This document shows, in pieces, positions 38,745 through 50,931 of a DNA stretch of 64,000 bases. The position numbers and the translations under genes were made by a program. Source of the DNA: Octopus sinensis (Eukaryota); assembly GCF_006345805.1 (NCBI RefSeq), contig NC_043022.1:18104001-18168000 (forward strand), written 5' to 3'. The notes under the pieces were generated by a model. That model searched no databases and was not told where the DNA came from. It saw only the letters and a list, made by a program, of their open reading frames with translations. Position 1 is the first letter of the stretch; every line of letters begins with the position of its first letter.

Positions 38745-39168
38745 TTTACTTGTTTCCGTCATTTGGCTACGGCCATGCTGGGGCTCTGCCTTGAAGGGTT
38801 TTAGACGACCAAATCGACACCAGGATGGTTTTTTAAAAGCCTGGAGCTTATTCTATCTGTCTCTTTTGCCGATCCGTTAGTTTATGAGGACGTAAACAAA
38901 CCAACACATCGGCACTAACACACACACATATACGACGGGCTTCTTTCAGTTTTTGTCTCCCTAATCTATCGACAAGGCTTCGGTCGGTCGGCGGCTTTAG
39001 TACGAGACACATGTAGAAGGCGTCACGCAGTGGGACTGAACCCGGAATCATATGGTTAGAAAGCAAGCTTCTTGCCACGCAGCCACGACTGCGCCTAGGT
39101 ACCATGCAATGGAATTGAACCCGGAATCATGTGACTGGAAAGCAAGCTTCTTACCACACAGCCACGCT
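38745..39168 (-). mobile_element. SINE family B with duplicated head
   Basis: Full reverse copy 38745-39097 plus a second head 39098-39168. Confidence 0.8.
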
Positions 39169-39172
39169 TGTC

Positions 39173-39213
<41 letters not shown>

Positions 39214-39418
39214 GTAGGTGGCCCATTAGCAATTAAAACCTACAGGTAAATTCATATCAAAGGGGTACAAAATAGTACCAGAATTGCTAGAAACAAGAGT
39301 CAAAAGATGACTCAATTAGCCACAGAAAGACCGTATCTCAATAAGATGACGAAAGGGAAGGAGCGAGAAAGCTACATACCATAGGGAGAGAAGCTCACAA
39401 GTGAAGCAGGTATATATA

Positions 39419-40076
39419 TACATATAAGGTGGAATTACCACTATGTGGAAACCCTTATGCTAGAAGAAATTCGCTATGGTCTTAAGCACTAAGAATTGTT
39501 CTCTAGAAAATTTAGCAAACACCAGAAACGTAAGCGAGCAAGACAAATGAAAAGTAACAAAAATATAGATTAATCATAAACAATGTTTATGATTAACTAG
39601 CAGTATCGCCCGGCGTTGCTCGGGTTTGTAAGGGAAATAACTATATAAGCATTTTTTGAGATGTGAAGTATAATAGCCATCTCAATATGGCTAACCACAA
39701 AGTGGTGTGTGTTACTGTAGCTTTTTACGTTCTGAGATTTAATAATAAATTTTTAGAGAGTTACTTCCCTTATATAATAGCAAAAAATGCATTAAAAATG
39801 GGAAAAATTATGGTCAATTGTTTTTAAAATCGTAGACTCATTGTAGACGCGCGCTAATACCCAGAAGGGCTCGATATGAATCACGACTATAAGATACCCG
39901 CTTTTGGTTACACTGCACCGCAAAATGTGGGAGTAGTTAGGAATCTAAATCGTAGGAGACAGACACACAACTTCACTTTTATATATAAAGATATATAATT
40001 CTTAGTGCTTAAGACCATAGCGGATCTTCTTCTAGCATAAGGGTTTCCACATAGTGGTAATTCCCCCTTATATGTA
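39419..40076. repeat. About 80-bp inverted repeat enclosing a Helitron-type insertion
   Basis: 39419-39497 is the reverse complement of 39997-40076 with few mismatches. Confidence 0.9.
39596..39992 (+). mobile_element. Non-autonomous Helitron/Helentron-type element
   Basis: ACTAGCAGTATCGCCCGGCGTTGCTCGGG ... ttttatatataaagat; homologous to 31898-32403. Confidence 0.75.
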
Positions 40077-40231
40077 TGTAATACTATTTATTGAACCTCA
40101 GTATTTTTATATGCTAGACCACTGGTGTTAAATTGATGTTATCAAATTAATATCCAATTTTTCACCCTCATTTTGATTTTAATATATATATATATATATT
40201 ATATATATATATCTAATTATATATATATAAT

Positions 40232-40374
40232 AATAATATGTTACATTACTCGATAGTCAAGATAAAACTCTGAGTTTCAGATGCCGATAACCGAAGAGAT
40301 GGCGTTGTGGATTCCCACTTCGGCATCTGAAACCAGAGTTTTATCTTGACTATCGAGTAATGTAACATATTATT
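40232..40374. repeat. 55-bp near-perfect hairpin (one bulged base, 32-nt loop)
   Basis: 40232-40287 pairs with 40320-40374. Confidence 0.95.
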
Positions 40375-41306
40375 TTATAGATAAATTTCCTCTATTTACA
40401 TAATATTGAGGTCTCTTTCTTTCTTTTGTTATCTTACCGTTTTACCAATATATATATATATATCTATATATATATATACATATATATATATATTATATAT
40501 ATATATATATACTTTTTAAAACTACCATTTGAAGACTAATTCTGTTCCCTTATTCTCAGATGTTTTCAGAAGGAATTTATTTATTGCCCGAAATTACAGG
40601 GTTTATATCTGGTTGTGGGGAAGTGGGATACAATTAACGGTAGGAAAGATTAGAATCCATTATTTATATAAGGAATTATTGTCAGTTAGAGATTTAGCTG
40701 TTTGTAAGGGAAACTACCCCCTACCCTGCCCTGGATGATGACAGATTAGTACGTGGAAAAGTAGATGTGTGTGAGGGAGAAGGTGGTAGACAAAGGACGT
40801 CTTGTGGGTACCGGAGGGAAAGAAACCGCTTAGAGATGGATTGGGATGTGAGTGGAAGAATGAATGGTTAATAAATATATTAATCCGTGAATAAATACAT
40901 TGGTAAATTAATTTGTTAATTAGCTAATTAATTAATTAATTAATTAATTAATTAATTAATTGCGTTAAATCGTGCAGCAATAGATAAATTGAATAATGGA
41001 GATGTGAAAATATGAAAAAATCCAAGTTCGGTTGGAGAGCGATTTAGGGATTTTGAACAAAAATTACTAAATATAATTTAATGTGTATGTATGCATGTAT
41101 GTATGTATGTACGTATGTATGTATGTATGTATGTATGTATGTATGTATGTATGTATGTATGTATGTATATGTATATATGTACATAATGTATGTGGATGGA
41201 TGGACTGACACATGCATATACGTGTGCATATATGTATCTATGTAGATGTATATACGGATTTATATATACAGACACACATATATAGACATGCATATATGTG
41301 TATATA

Positions 41307-41337
<31 letters not shown>

Positions 41338-41491
41338 CTATATATGATATGTGGTATACATATATATATCATATATGTATATATGTAAGTATATATATAT
41401 ACATACATACATTCGTATATATATATATATCATATATATATATATATATATAGATATAGTATCTAATTCTCTCACCCTTATTAATTAATTT

Positions 41492-41541
<50 letters not shown>

Positions 41542-41959
41542 GTATATGAATATGGTATATACATATAGATATATACATATATGTATATATGTAAGTATAT
41601 ATATATACATACATATACACACACACATGAATATATGTGTATGTAAATATATATATATATACGTATATGTATGTACATACATATATGTGTGTGTATAGAC
41701 ACATGCATATATGTGTATGTAAATATATATATAACTATATATGATATATGCTATATACAAATACATATATACGTATATACATATATGTGTATATATATAT
41801 GTATATATGTACATATACGTATGTATTTATATTTACATGTATGCATGCATATGCATCTACATTCCATATATATTTTCATATACATATTATACGTACATGC
41901 ATATATATATATATATATATATAATATATATATATATATTATGTATATATATATGTATG

Positions 41960-42009
<50 letters not shown>

Positions 42010-42016
42010 ATATATC

Positions 42017-42771
42017 TTGACTAATCTTGAAACGTACGTTCTCGAATAACCTTAGCATTTGATTTTTCGATGTCCTTACCCCCAAACTTTTGTGAGTTGA
42101 ATAAGCAAACACTATAATGAGAGAGATTTTCTTAAGTATTAGAAATAGCTTTAAAAAAGTTTTTTAGCTGCTATTCTAATGAGTTCAGTATGGGCAAAGT
42201 ATTTATTTTACTAAGCCTTTTATATAATGTAATATTTGAATTCGCCTTGAATGGTCCCTTTGCATACTGAACACTTGGGTGAAATTGATTAATAATTAAT
42301 TTATTTTGCCCTCAATTGTTGAAATTATAATTAATCTCCCTCTGATTAATGCTTCGGATTTTACCGAAATAAGCTAGTGGTGATGATTTTAACCCACGCT
42401 GGTGGAAAGGGGAGAACAGAGATTCTTCTTCGCTTGCTTATTTGATTTGTTTGGCACTGTTAGTTGGAAGCAGATCTTCGAAAGGGTATGTTCTTATTTT
42501 CAGTGTTTCCAAGTCCAAACCAAGGAATTTCTGAGCCGATGATAGAAATGTTGTTTTGACTAATCTTGAAACGTACGTTCTCGAATAACCTTAGCATTTG
42601 ATTTTTCGATGTCCTTACCCCCAAACTTTTGTGAGTTGAATAAGCAAACACTATATATGAGAGAGATTTTCTTAAGTATTAGAAATAGCTTTAAAAAAGT
42701 TTTTTAGCTGCTATTTCTAATGAGTTCAGTATGCGGCAAAGTAATTATTTTACTAAGCCCTTTTATATAAT
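42017..42771. repeat. About 213-bp direct repeat at about 539-bp period
   Basis: 42017-42229 recurs at 42556-42771, differing mainly by single-base indels. Confidence 0.95.
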
Positions 42772-43489
42772 ATATATATATATATATATATAATATATAT
42801 ATAGTATGTATTTATATATATATGTGTGTGTGTATAAACTGTGTGTGTGTGTGTAATATACGTAAATTTATAAACATGTTAACGGATGAGCTGATGAATA
42901 AAAGGAAATTATGAAATGAAATTGATTGGAAGATCTTGAGAGGAAAAAAATCATGTCAAAGTTTTACAAGAAGGAAGGAAAGGAAATGAAGAATTTAAAA
43001 AAAAAATGGATGCGAGGTCATCGTTCTTCTAAAACGAATGGAATTCCAAATTTATAAAGAAGGCAATATTTACGAATTAGAAAGACAAAAAAAAAAAGGA
43101 AATATAACCTGAAAATGATTTTGTATGTAGTTTTGTTTTGCAGTAATGGCTGAACCAATGGCGGACATGTTGGTTTTTGGAAGGCTGTAGGTAAGCGGAC
43201 ATGTTGGTGTAGAGCAGCGGTTCTCGACCAGGTTAGGGAAAAATTTTTTGGGAGGGGCCCATGCAATAAATATATGCATATATACATACATATTTGTACA
43301 TACCTACATATATACGTATATATATATATACATGCATATATGGGTACAGGACATCAAAAAACATGAATAAAATGAGAAACGAGAACATAAAAACAAAAAC
43401 AGAAAACTTACTTTTTTCGAACAACGAAAGAAACAAATTGAGAAACGAGACAGGCAACATAAAGAACGGTCCCTTCATCAATTGTCCCC

Positions 43490-43502
43490 TAGATAGATAG
43501 AT

Positions 43503-43581
<79 letters not shown>

Positions 43582-43610
43582 TAGGTAGATAGATAGATAG
43601 AAAGATAGAC

Positions 43611-43667
<57 letters not shown>

Positions 43668-43749
43668 TAGGTAGATAGATAGATAGAAAGATAGACAGAT
43701 AGATAGATAGGTAGATAGATAGATAGATAGATATAGATAGATAGATAGG

Positions 43750-43783
<34 letters not shown>

Positions 43784-43819
43784 TAGGTAGATAGATAGAT
43801 AAAAAGATAGATAGATAGG

Positions 43820-43861
<42 letters not shown>

Positions 43862-43869
43862 TAGATAGG

Positions 43870-43918
<49 letters not shown>

Positions 43919-43920
43919 GG
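43490..43920. repeat. (GATA)n/(GACA)n compound microsatellite
   Basis: Direct reading. Confidence 0.98.
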
Positions 43921-44327
43921 ACGGAGATGAATATAGCTGTAGAGTGTGAAAGGTAGGTTGAAAATGGAAAAAATTGGACAGGGAATAAACCAAGGATATA
44001 AATAGAGAAGGGTGTTGAGATTATGAGATTTGTTAAGAGTCAAAGACAACAACAACAACAACAGCAACAACAACAACTACAAATACCACAACAATTATAC
44101 GAATAAACGAAAGCTTCCTCAAACTCAGCCAATAAAGAAAGATAAACGATATAATCCAGAGACCTCTTGTACTTTGCAATTTCCTCTCCAAGACAGCTGC
44201 CCTAAAGCCTTATAACGAAAAACTCTGTATATCTTTCTGTTCTATTTCTTTTCGAAATCATTCTTTAATTTGCCTCTAATGTCTCGGCCATTTATTCAGC
44301 GATTCATTCATTTATTATTTCACTATA

Positions 44328-44491
44328 GGCGCAGGAGTGGCTGTGTGGTAAGTAGCTTGCTAACCAACCACATGGTTCCGGGTTCAGTCCACTGCGTGGC
44401 ACCTTGGGCAAGTGTCCTTCTGCTATAGCCTCGTGCCGACCAATGCCTTGTGAGTGGATTTGGAAGACGAAACTGAAAGAAGCCTGTCGTA

Positions 44492-44528
<37 letters not shown>

Positions 44529-44783
44529 ATATATATATAATATATATATATATATGTATGTATGTCTGTGTGTGTATATGTTTGTGTTCTGTTTTTGTCC
44601 CCCTAGCATTGCTTGACAACCGATGCTGGTGTGTTTACGTCCTCGTCACTTAGCGGTTCGGCAAAAGAAACCGATAGAATAAGCACTAGGCTTACAAAGA
44701 ATAAGTCCCGGGGTCGATTTGATCGACTAAAGGCGGTGCTCTAGCATGGCCGCAGTCAAATGACTGAAACGAGTTTAAGAGTA
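44328..44783 (+). mobile_element. SINE family B, full length
   Basis: Complete head, internal microsatellite and tail. Confidence 0.92.
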
Positions 44784-44934
44784 ACCGTTTTCCTGTCCCG
44801 TGTATCCTTGATGTATCACTGCTCTCCGCGTCTCGTATATGATATACATTCTCAATTGTATGAGAGTAACTCGGGACTTATGGAGGGAAAGCTTTATATT
44901 AATGAGAACGTATGAAACAAAAATTAATTAAAAG

Positions 44935-45275
44935 TCTGAAATTTGCCATCAAGATGTAGGACAAGATACTGTGATAGCCTGGGCTTCCGAGGCCCACAGC
45001 TCTACAATATCCTCCCGAAGAACCTAAGAGACCTGCATGGGGTGAATGCAGATGTCTTTAAAATGAAACTGGATCTCTTCTTGTCAGGTGTCCCAGATGA
45101 ACCAACTTCACGGCAGGAGGTGCAGATGAGGGCAGCTGCATCGAACTCTCTCATGCACCAGATGGCAGTTGCTAAAAAGCATTCGTGAAGTAAAATCATG
45201 TAGCAACACCAAATGGCGGTGCCCCAGCATGGCCACAGCTTGTGAGCTGAAACTAAATAAAATAAAAGAAAAGAA
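44935..45275 (+). mobile_element. CR1-group LINE 3' end, 5'-truncated
   Basis: SLGFRGPQLYNILPKNLRDL..VFKMKLDLFLSGVPDEP..AASNSL, then tail ggcggtgccccagcatggccacagcttgtgagctgaaac. Confidence 0.8.
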
Positions 45276-45609
45276 AAAAAGACAAATATGGGACGTTTAG
45301 GACAAGCATAAGAAAATGCTTTGGACAGACAAAGGGTCAAGATGGTAGAGAGAGTTAGCTGCTATTGTTATTTCTAGCTTGCGAAGGCTCTGCCACGGTT
45401 CATACATGGACACGGGTGTGTTAATCCCCGGAATAATTCGAGACTTGTGAAAGGAAAGCTTTATATTACTCGGAACGTACGAAACAAGAGCTAAAAGTCC
45501 GAAAACATATTTCCCTGGTGTCCTACTCAATCATTTACATGTTAATTCAAGGGCAGGTAATTCAGTTAAGATCAAACAACCGAATTCCCCTCGTAAAACG
45601 ATGAAGGCT

Positions 45610-45935
45610 CACCACATCCACCACCACCGCCACCACCACCACCACCACCACCACCACTACCACCACCACCACCACCACCACCACCTTCACCACCACCTTC
45701 ACCACCACCACCACCACCTTCACCACCACCACCACCACCACCACCAAACCACCAACACCACCACCACCACCACCACCACCAAACCACCACCACCACTGCC
45801 ACCACCACCACCACCACCACCACCACCACCCCACCACCACCACTACTACCATCACCACTACTACCATCACCACTATCACCAGACTACCTATTTTTAAGTA
45901 GTTGTAGTAGTAGTAGCAGCAGTAGTAGTAGAAGC

Positions 45936-45990
<55 letters not shown>
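45610..45990. repeat. (CAC)n/(TAG)n trinucleotide mosaic
   Basis: Direct reading. Confidence 0.98.
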
Positions 45991-46499
45991 TAGTAGTAGA
46001 GCATGTGTTGTAACAGCGCGTCACTGCATCCACCATTTGCTGGTGACTCCCTGTTACTCCTGGCGGATGACTCCTTTTGCACCACTCAGGCAACAGCTCT
46101 CCAATCCATAGGTCTGTTGGGTAGGTGTCACTGACGAGGGTTTTACGAGGTCGGAGTGCAAATCCAGTGCTGTGTGGCGACTGGCATATCACAGAATCGA
46201 CACAAAGTTTCCTCTAGGTGCTGTAAAAGGCGACTAAATGTGGGATTATTTTGAAGTATAAAAAACCAAAGTTCGCTTAGACAGGATTTGAACACAGAAC
46301 GTAAGGGACCGTAAAGAAATACCACCAAAATATTTTAGTCCTTTTCTCCAATTCTCTACCTATTCTATCAAAGCATAAGCTTTACAATTACTATTAGAAG
46401 TCATTAGAAGTCATCCAACGATTCGTTTCGTCTCATTAACGATTGTATGTAGCATTTTTCTGATATACATTGTATGCAATGTGGTAATTAGAAAGTTTT

Positions 46500-46700
46500 T
46501 GAAAAGTGAATTAAGCGAAAGGTTTAAGAAGGCAACTAAAGCACTGGGTATGCTTTCGAAAGTGTGGAAACCACATCGATTTGCAATTCATATAAAAATT
46601 AAACTACGTACGTCAATAACGGAAGCCATGATATAATATTCGAATAATAGCAATTGACTTCAGATTCGTTGGAAATAAAAGTGTTGCGAAGTGGCTGGGG
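46500..46700 (+). mobile_element. RTE-clade LINE ORF relic
   Basis: ELSERFKKATKALGMLSKVWK..IHIKIKL resembles the RTE region EI..RI.KA..AFG.L..IW..KL.LY..YG.E.W. Confidence 0.5.
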
Positions 46701-47229
46701 GAATCAAAAGGAAATAGCTTTGTGAAGAAGGAAGTACTTCGAGACATGGCGAAAGTAATGGGATTTAGATGGAAAACTAATGAAGAATGTTTTGGTAGAA
46801 TTCGTTAGGAAACGTGATTCAGTTCCATCATAAAAATTGGCAAATATATCTAGAAGGAAAATGGTTATATGGTGTTTATATCCTTGTATGTTGGATGTAT
46901 AATATAAAGAAGCAAGGGAGAAGAAAGTATTTCCACGACGCATTCACTATTACTATTACACGGGACTTGATGCTCTCAAACACGGCTCACGGTGAACTGC
47001 TACCAATCAGATCTCCCAATCGCTCACAGGTCTTTAATTTATAACAATGAATCAGTCCACCTTTAGTCACTTAGCAACACAGTGGAATGTAAGAGGAAGA
47101 GGAGAAAGGGGAAGGAAGCAGAAGGAAGGAAGGAAGACGAAAAAGAGGGGGAGGAGGAGGAGGAGGAGAAGGAGGCGGACAATGGGAAATATAAGGAAAG
47201 GAGAAAAACCAAAAAGAAGGAAAAAACGA

Positions 47230-47287
<58 letters not shown>

Positions 47288-47441
47288 CGACGATAATGAT
47301 AATGATAAAAATAATGGTTTCAAATTTTGGTACAGCAATTTCGGAGGTGAGAGTCTGTTGATTACATACAAACCAGTGTTAAACGGGTACTTATTCTATC
47401 CATTCACCCCGAAAGGACCTTGACAGAGTTTGAATTTATTA

Positions 47442-47497
<56 letters not shown>

Positions 47498-47524
47498 AAT
47501 AATAATATAATAATAATAATAATG

Positions 47525-47568
<44 letters not shown>

Positions 47569-47572
<4 letters not shown>

Positions 47573-47938
47573 CTTTCTAATTGATGTATTAATACCAGCA
47601 GATGACAACGTTTCACTAAAAGAAATGGAGAAACTTTCAAAATACAAAGACCTGGGAATAGAGGTAACTCGAATATGGAGTCTAAAAATAGAAACAATTC
47701 CTATCATAGTAGGTGCATTAGGAATGATAAAAAAATATTCAGACAAATACATAACAAAAACATCGGGACTTACAAACACATATAACATACAGAAAATTGC
47801 ACTACTGGGCACTGCACACATCCTACATAAAAACACTTTCAATACAGTGAAAATAAGAGCACCATAACGAACCACTGCACAAGGAACACAGAGCTGCGCT
47901 CGGTAGTGCAATGAAAGTACATGATAAAAATAAGACTA

Positions 47939-47942
<4 letters not shown>
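47569..47942 (+). mobile_element. R4/Dong LINE 3' end (second subfamily) inside (AAT)n
   Basis: CFLIDV..EKLSKYKDLGIEVTRIW..IPIIVGALGMI..IQKIALLGTAHIL, flanked by (AAT)n on both sides. Confidence 0.9.
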
Positions 47943-47988
<46 letters not shown>

Positions 47989-48101
47989 TGATGATGATGA
48001 TGATGATGATGACAACAACAACAACAACAATAATTATAATAATGATGATGATGACGACAACAACAACAACACAACAACAACAACAACAACACAACAACAA
48101 C

Positions 48102-48145
<44 letters not shown>

Positions 48146-48146
<1 letters not shown>

Positions 48147-48296
48147 TTCATTTATTTGCTACAAGGCCGAAAGATGAGGGGGGACAATACAGAGACAGAC
48201 ATAAAGTGTGGGGGCTTACATATAATGAAGTGATAAAAAGAAAGGAAAGAAAGAAAGTATACACGATATAAGTTGGAAAAGAAGGGACAATAGGAA
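48146..48296 (-). mobile_element. Tx1-like LINE 3' UTR fragment
   Basis: Homologous to 33535-33690. Confidence 0.7.
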
Positions 48297-48732
48297 AGGT
48301 ATCTGTCAAGACCTACCAAAAACTGAGCAAGTATAAAGATCTTGAAATGGAGATTGGCAAAATGTGAAACCTCAAGACTAAAACAATACTTGTTGTCATA
48401 GGTGCCCTGGGAATGATAGCAAAAGGGGCTGGTTGCTACCTAGCTCAGATACTAGAAAACCCCAAAATGGCAGAAATTCGAAAGATAGTGCTCATGGGAA
48501 CTACCAATATCCTACGTAAAATACTTTCTATGTAATCTCAAATTTTAAAACAAACATAATTTTCTTATGTTTTTTCTTAAACATTCTCTAGAACAATACT
48601 AAGTACAAAACTAAATATATGGCACCCTAGGCATAACACCAACATGAACTTCCAGCTTCTTGTCTCTTGAGGTCTCTGGGTGAGACTTGGAGCCAACTTG
48701 TACAAATACAAAGCAAAAGTCAGACATATAAT
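48297..48732 (+). mobile_element. R4/Dong LINE 3' end
   Basis: Highly similar to 23376-23790; ends at (AAT)n. Confidence 0.9.
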
Positions 48733-48757
48733 AATGATGATAATAATAATAATGATG

Positions 48758-48830
<73 letters not shown>

Positions 48831-49056
48831 AATAATAATAATAATAATAATAATAATGGTGGTGATGATGATGATGATGATGATGATGACAACACTCAAG
48901 TAGTCAATAACAATACTGTGTGAAACAGGAGATCACGGCTGGCTGGAGAATAGAGGAGGATGGCGGGAGTCTGCGAGGAATAGATTGGCGTCAAACAGCG
49001 TCGGAGACAATGATCTTAATGGCGTGTGTATGTGTCTGTGCATTGGTGTGTGTGAT

Positions 49057-49091
<35 letters not shown>

Positions 49092-49859
49092 TTGTGGGTG
49101 TGTGTGTGTGATTGTGGGTATGTGTGTGTGATTGTGTGTGTGTGATTGTGTGTGTGTGTGTGTGTGTGTGTGTAGGTATTAACAAGCTATTTTAAAGCGG
49201 ATATCAAGCAATTTATGTCGTTTTTGCTCCACTTTTAGATAAGCTTTAATTGATTGCACGGAAAAACTTTTTTAAAAAAAATATTTAACCAAGAAGAACG
49301 ACAACGACAGAAACCGATTCACCACCACCATCATCATCACCACCACCATCCTCCTCCTCCTCCTCCTCCTCATCATCATCATCATCATCACCACTGTCGT
49401 TGCTGTCGGTGCTGTCCTCCCCCTCCTCCTTCTCCTCCTCATCATCATCACCAGCATCATCACCACCACCACCACCATTATCATCATTATCATCATCACT
49501 GTCATCATCATCGTATTCACCATCATAATCACCATCATCACCATCATCATCATCATCATCATCACCACCACCACCACCACCACCACACCATCATCATCAC
49601 CATCATCATCAACAGCAACAACAACAGAAACGGGAACAATTACAATGACGACGACGACGACGATGATGACAACCAGAGCCAAACATGAAACAGCGATGCA
49701 TAAACCATGAGCTGTTGTGTGCAACCATCTTTAATTTTCGTAATCCGATTGATCTCTTATCGATATCAGCCAACATCCGATCAAACATCGTACGAAGTAT
49801 CAATTAAAAAAAATCACACAAAAACCCCCCAGAACCCCCCCCCCCGAAAACGATTGCAC

Positions 49860-49927
49860 ACTAACTGAATTCATAATGGCGACGGCCTACCGTATCGTCT
49901 GGTTTATTGATTAAGAGAAGACAGTGG
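49860..49927 (+). promoter_or_regulatory. Candidate CpG-rich promoter / first exon ending at a G|GTAAGT donor
   Basis: YY1-like aATGGCG and a perfect donor, followed by a 159-nt intron-like segment with a pyrimidine tract and AG at 50086. Confidence 0.3.
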
Positions 49928-50086
49928 TAAGTCCGTCTCCCCTTACGTCCGCCAAAAGGTTAATGGAGGGCGGCGAGTGTCAATGTCTTGGACGATATTC
50001 TGCCATTGGCGAAGGATACTTGGAATAGTCTTTTATTCCTGTTTCTTTGTTATACTTTCTTCTTTTCTGTCTCGTTTTTACATTAG

Positions 50087-50224
50087 ACAGACACGCCATA
50101 TTTTTGTGCTGTGAATTATGGATGTTGCGTCGTGCCGGTGTTGCTGTCTTTGAAAGTTGATACGCACGTCGTCCGGTCATTGCTCCCCACGGGAATATTG
50201 CAGCCATTCGATGTTACAGCGTCG
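50087..50224 (+). other. Candidate 138-nt exon (UTR or coding)
   Basis: Acceptor tttcttcttttctgtctcgtttttacattag, donor CG|gttagt. One frame is open (TDTPYFCAVNYG..FDVTAS). Confidence 0.3.
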
Positions 50225-50306
50225 GTTAGTTCTTAAGTAATACGAAGAATTAATAAAACTGCTTCAAGATTCCATAAAGAGGAAATAATATCATATCAGA
50301 ATAATG

Positions 50307-50366
<60 letters not shown>

Positions 50367-50514
50367 TATGTACATACATACATACATACACACATACATA
50401 CATACATACATACATACATACATACATACATACATACAATACATACATACATATATGATAGATCGTTAGCCACTACACACACTTTTTTTTCTCTCCTTGT
50501 TTTTTTCTCTGTGT

Positions 50515-50644
50515 CCCTTTCTGTAGAGAGCGTAGGCTCGAACGTAACGAAAGACTTTTTCTATTCCTGAGGCGTTATACTAATGCATCATCTGTTTGTT
50601 TTGTACACCACCTGTCTTCGTCTTGTTTTTTTCGTAACTCTCCC

Positions 50645-50645
<1 letters not shown>
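50515..50645 (+). mobile_element. Penelope-like terminal repeat with hammerhead-like motif (copy 2)
   Basis: ccttt-CTGTAGA-GAGC-gtag-GCTC-GAAC-GTA plus shared downstream block. Confidence 0.5.
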
Positions 50646-50700
<55 letters not shown>

Positions 50701-50797
50701 CCCTCCTTCTTCCCTTCTTTCCTGAGCGTCCAATAATACTTTATTTGTTCCACATCCTCGCGTTGTTGTCTTTTTGTTTTCTTGTTTGGATTAACTT

Positions 50798-50828
<31 letters not shown>

Positions 50829-50931
50829 TTAATCCAAACGGGAAAACAAAAAAACAACAACAATGGAACAATTACAGTATTATTATTAATAGGCGCTCAG
50901 GAAATGGAAGCAGATATACATATACATATAT

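Noticed and set aside
45155-45170. CTCF-like CACCAGATGGCAG
   Set aside because: It lies within the coding part of a LINE fragment and is likely coincidental.
45572-45897. His-rich or Gly-rich structural protein exon
   Set aside because: Pure (CAC)n mosaic with all frames open and no splice or codon evidence.
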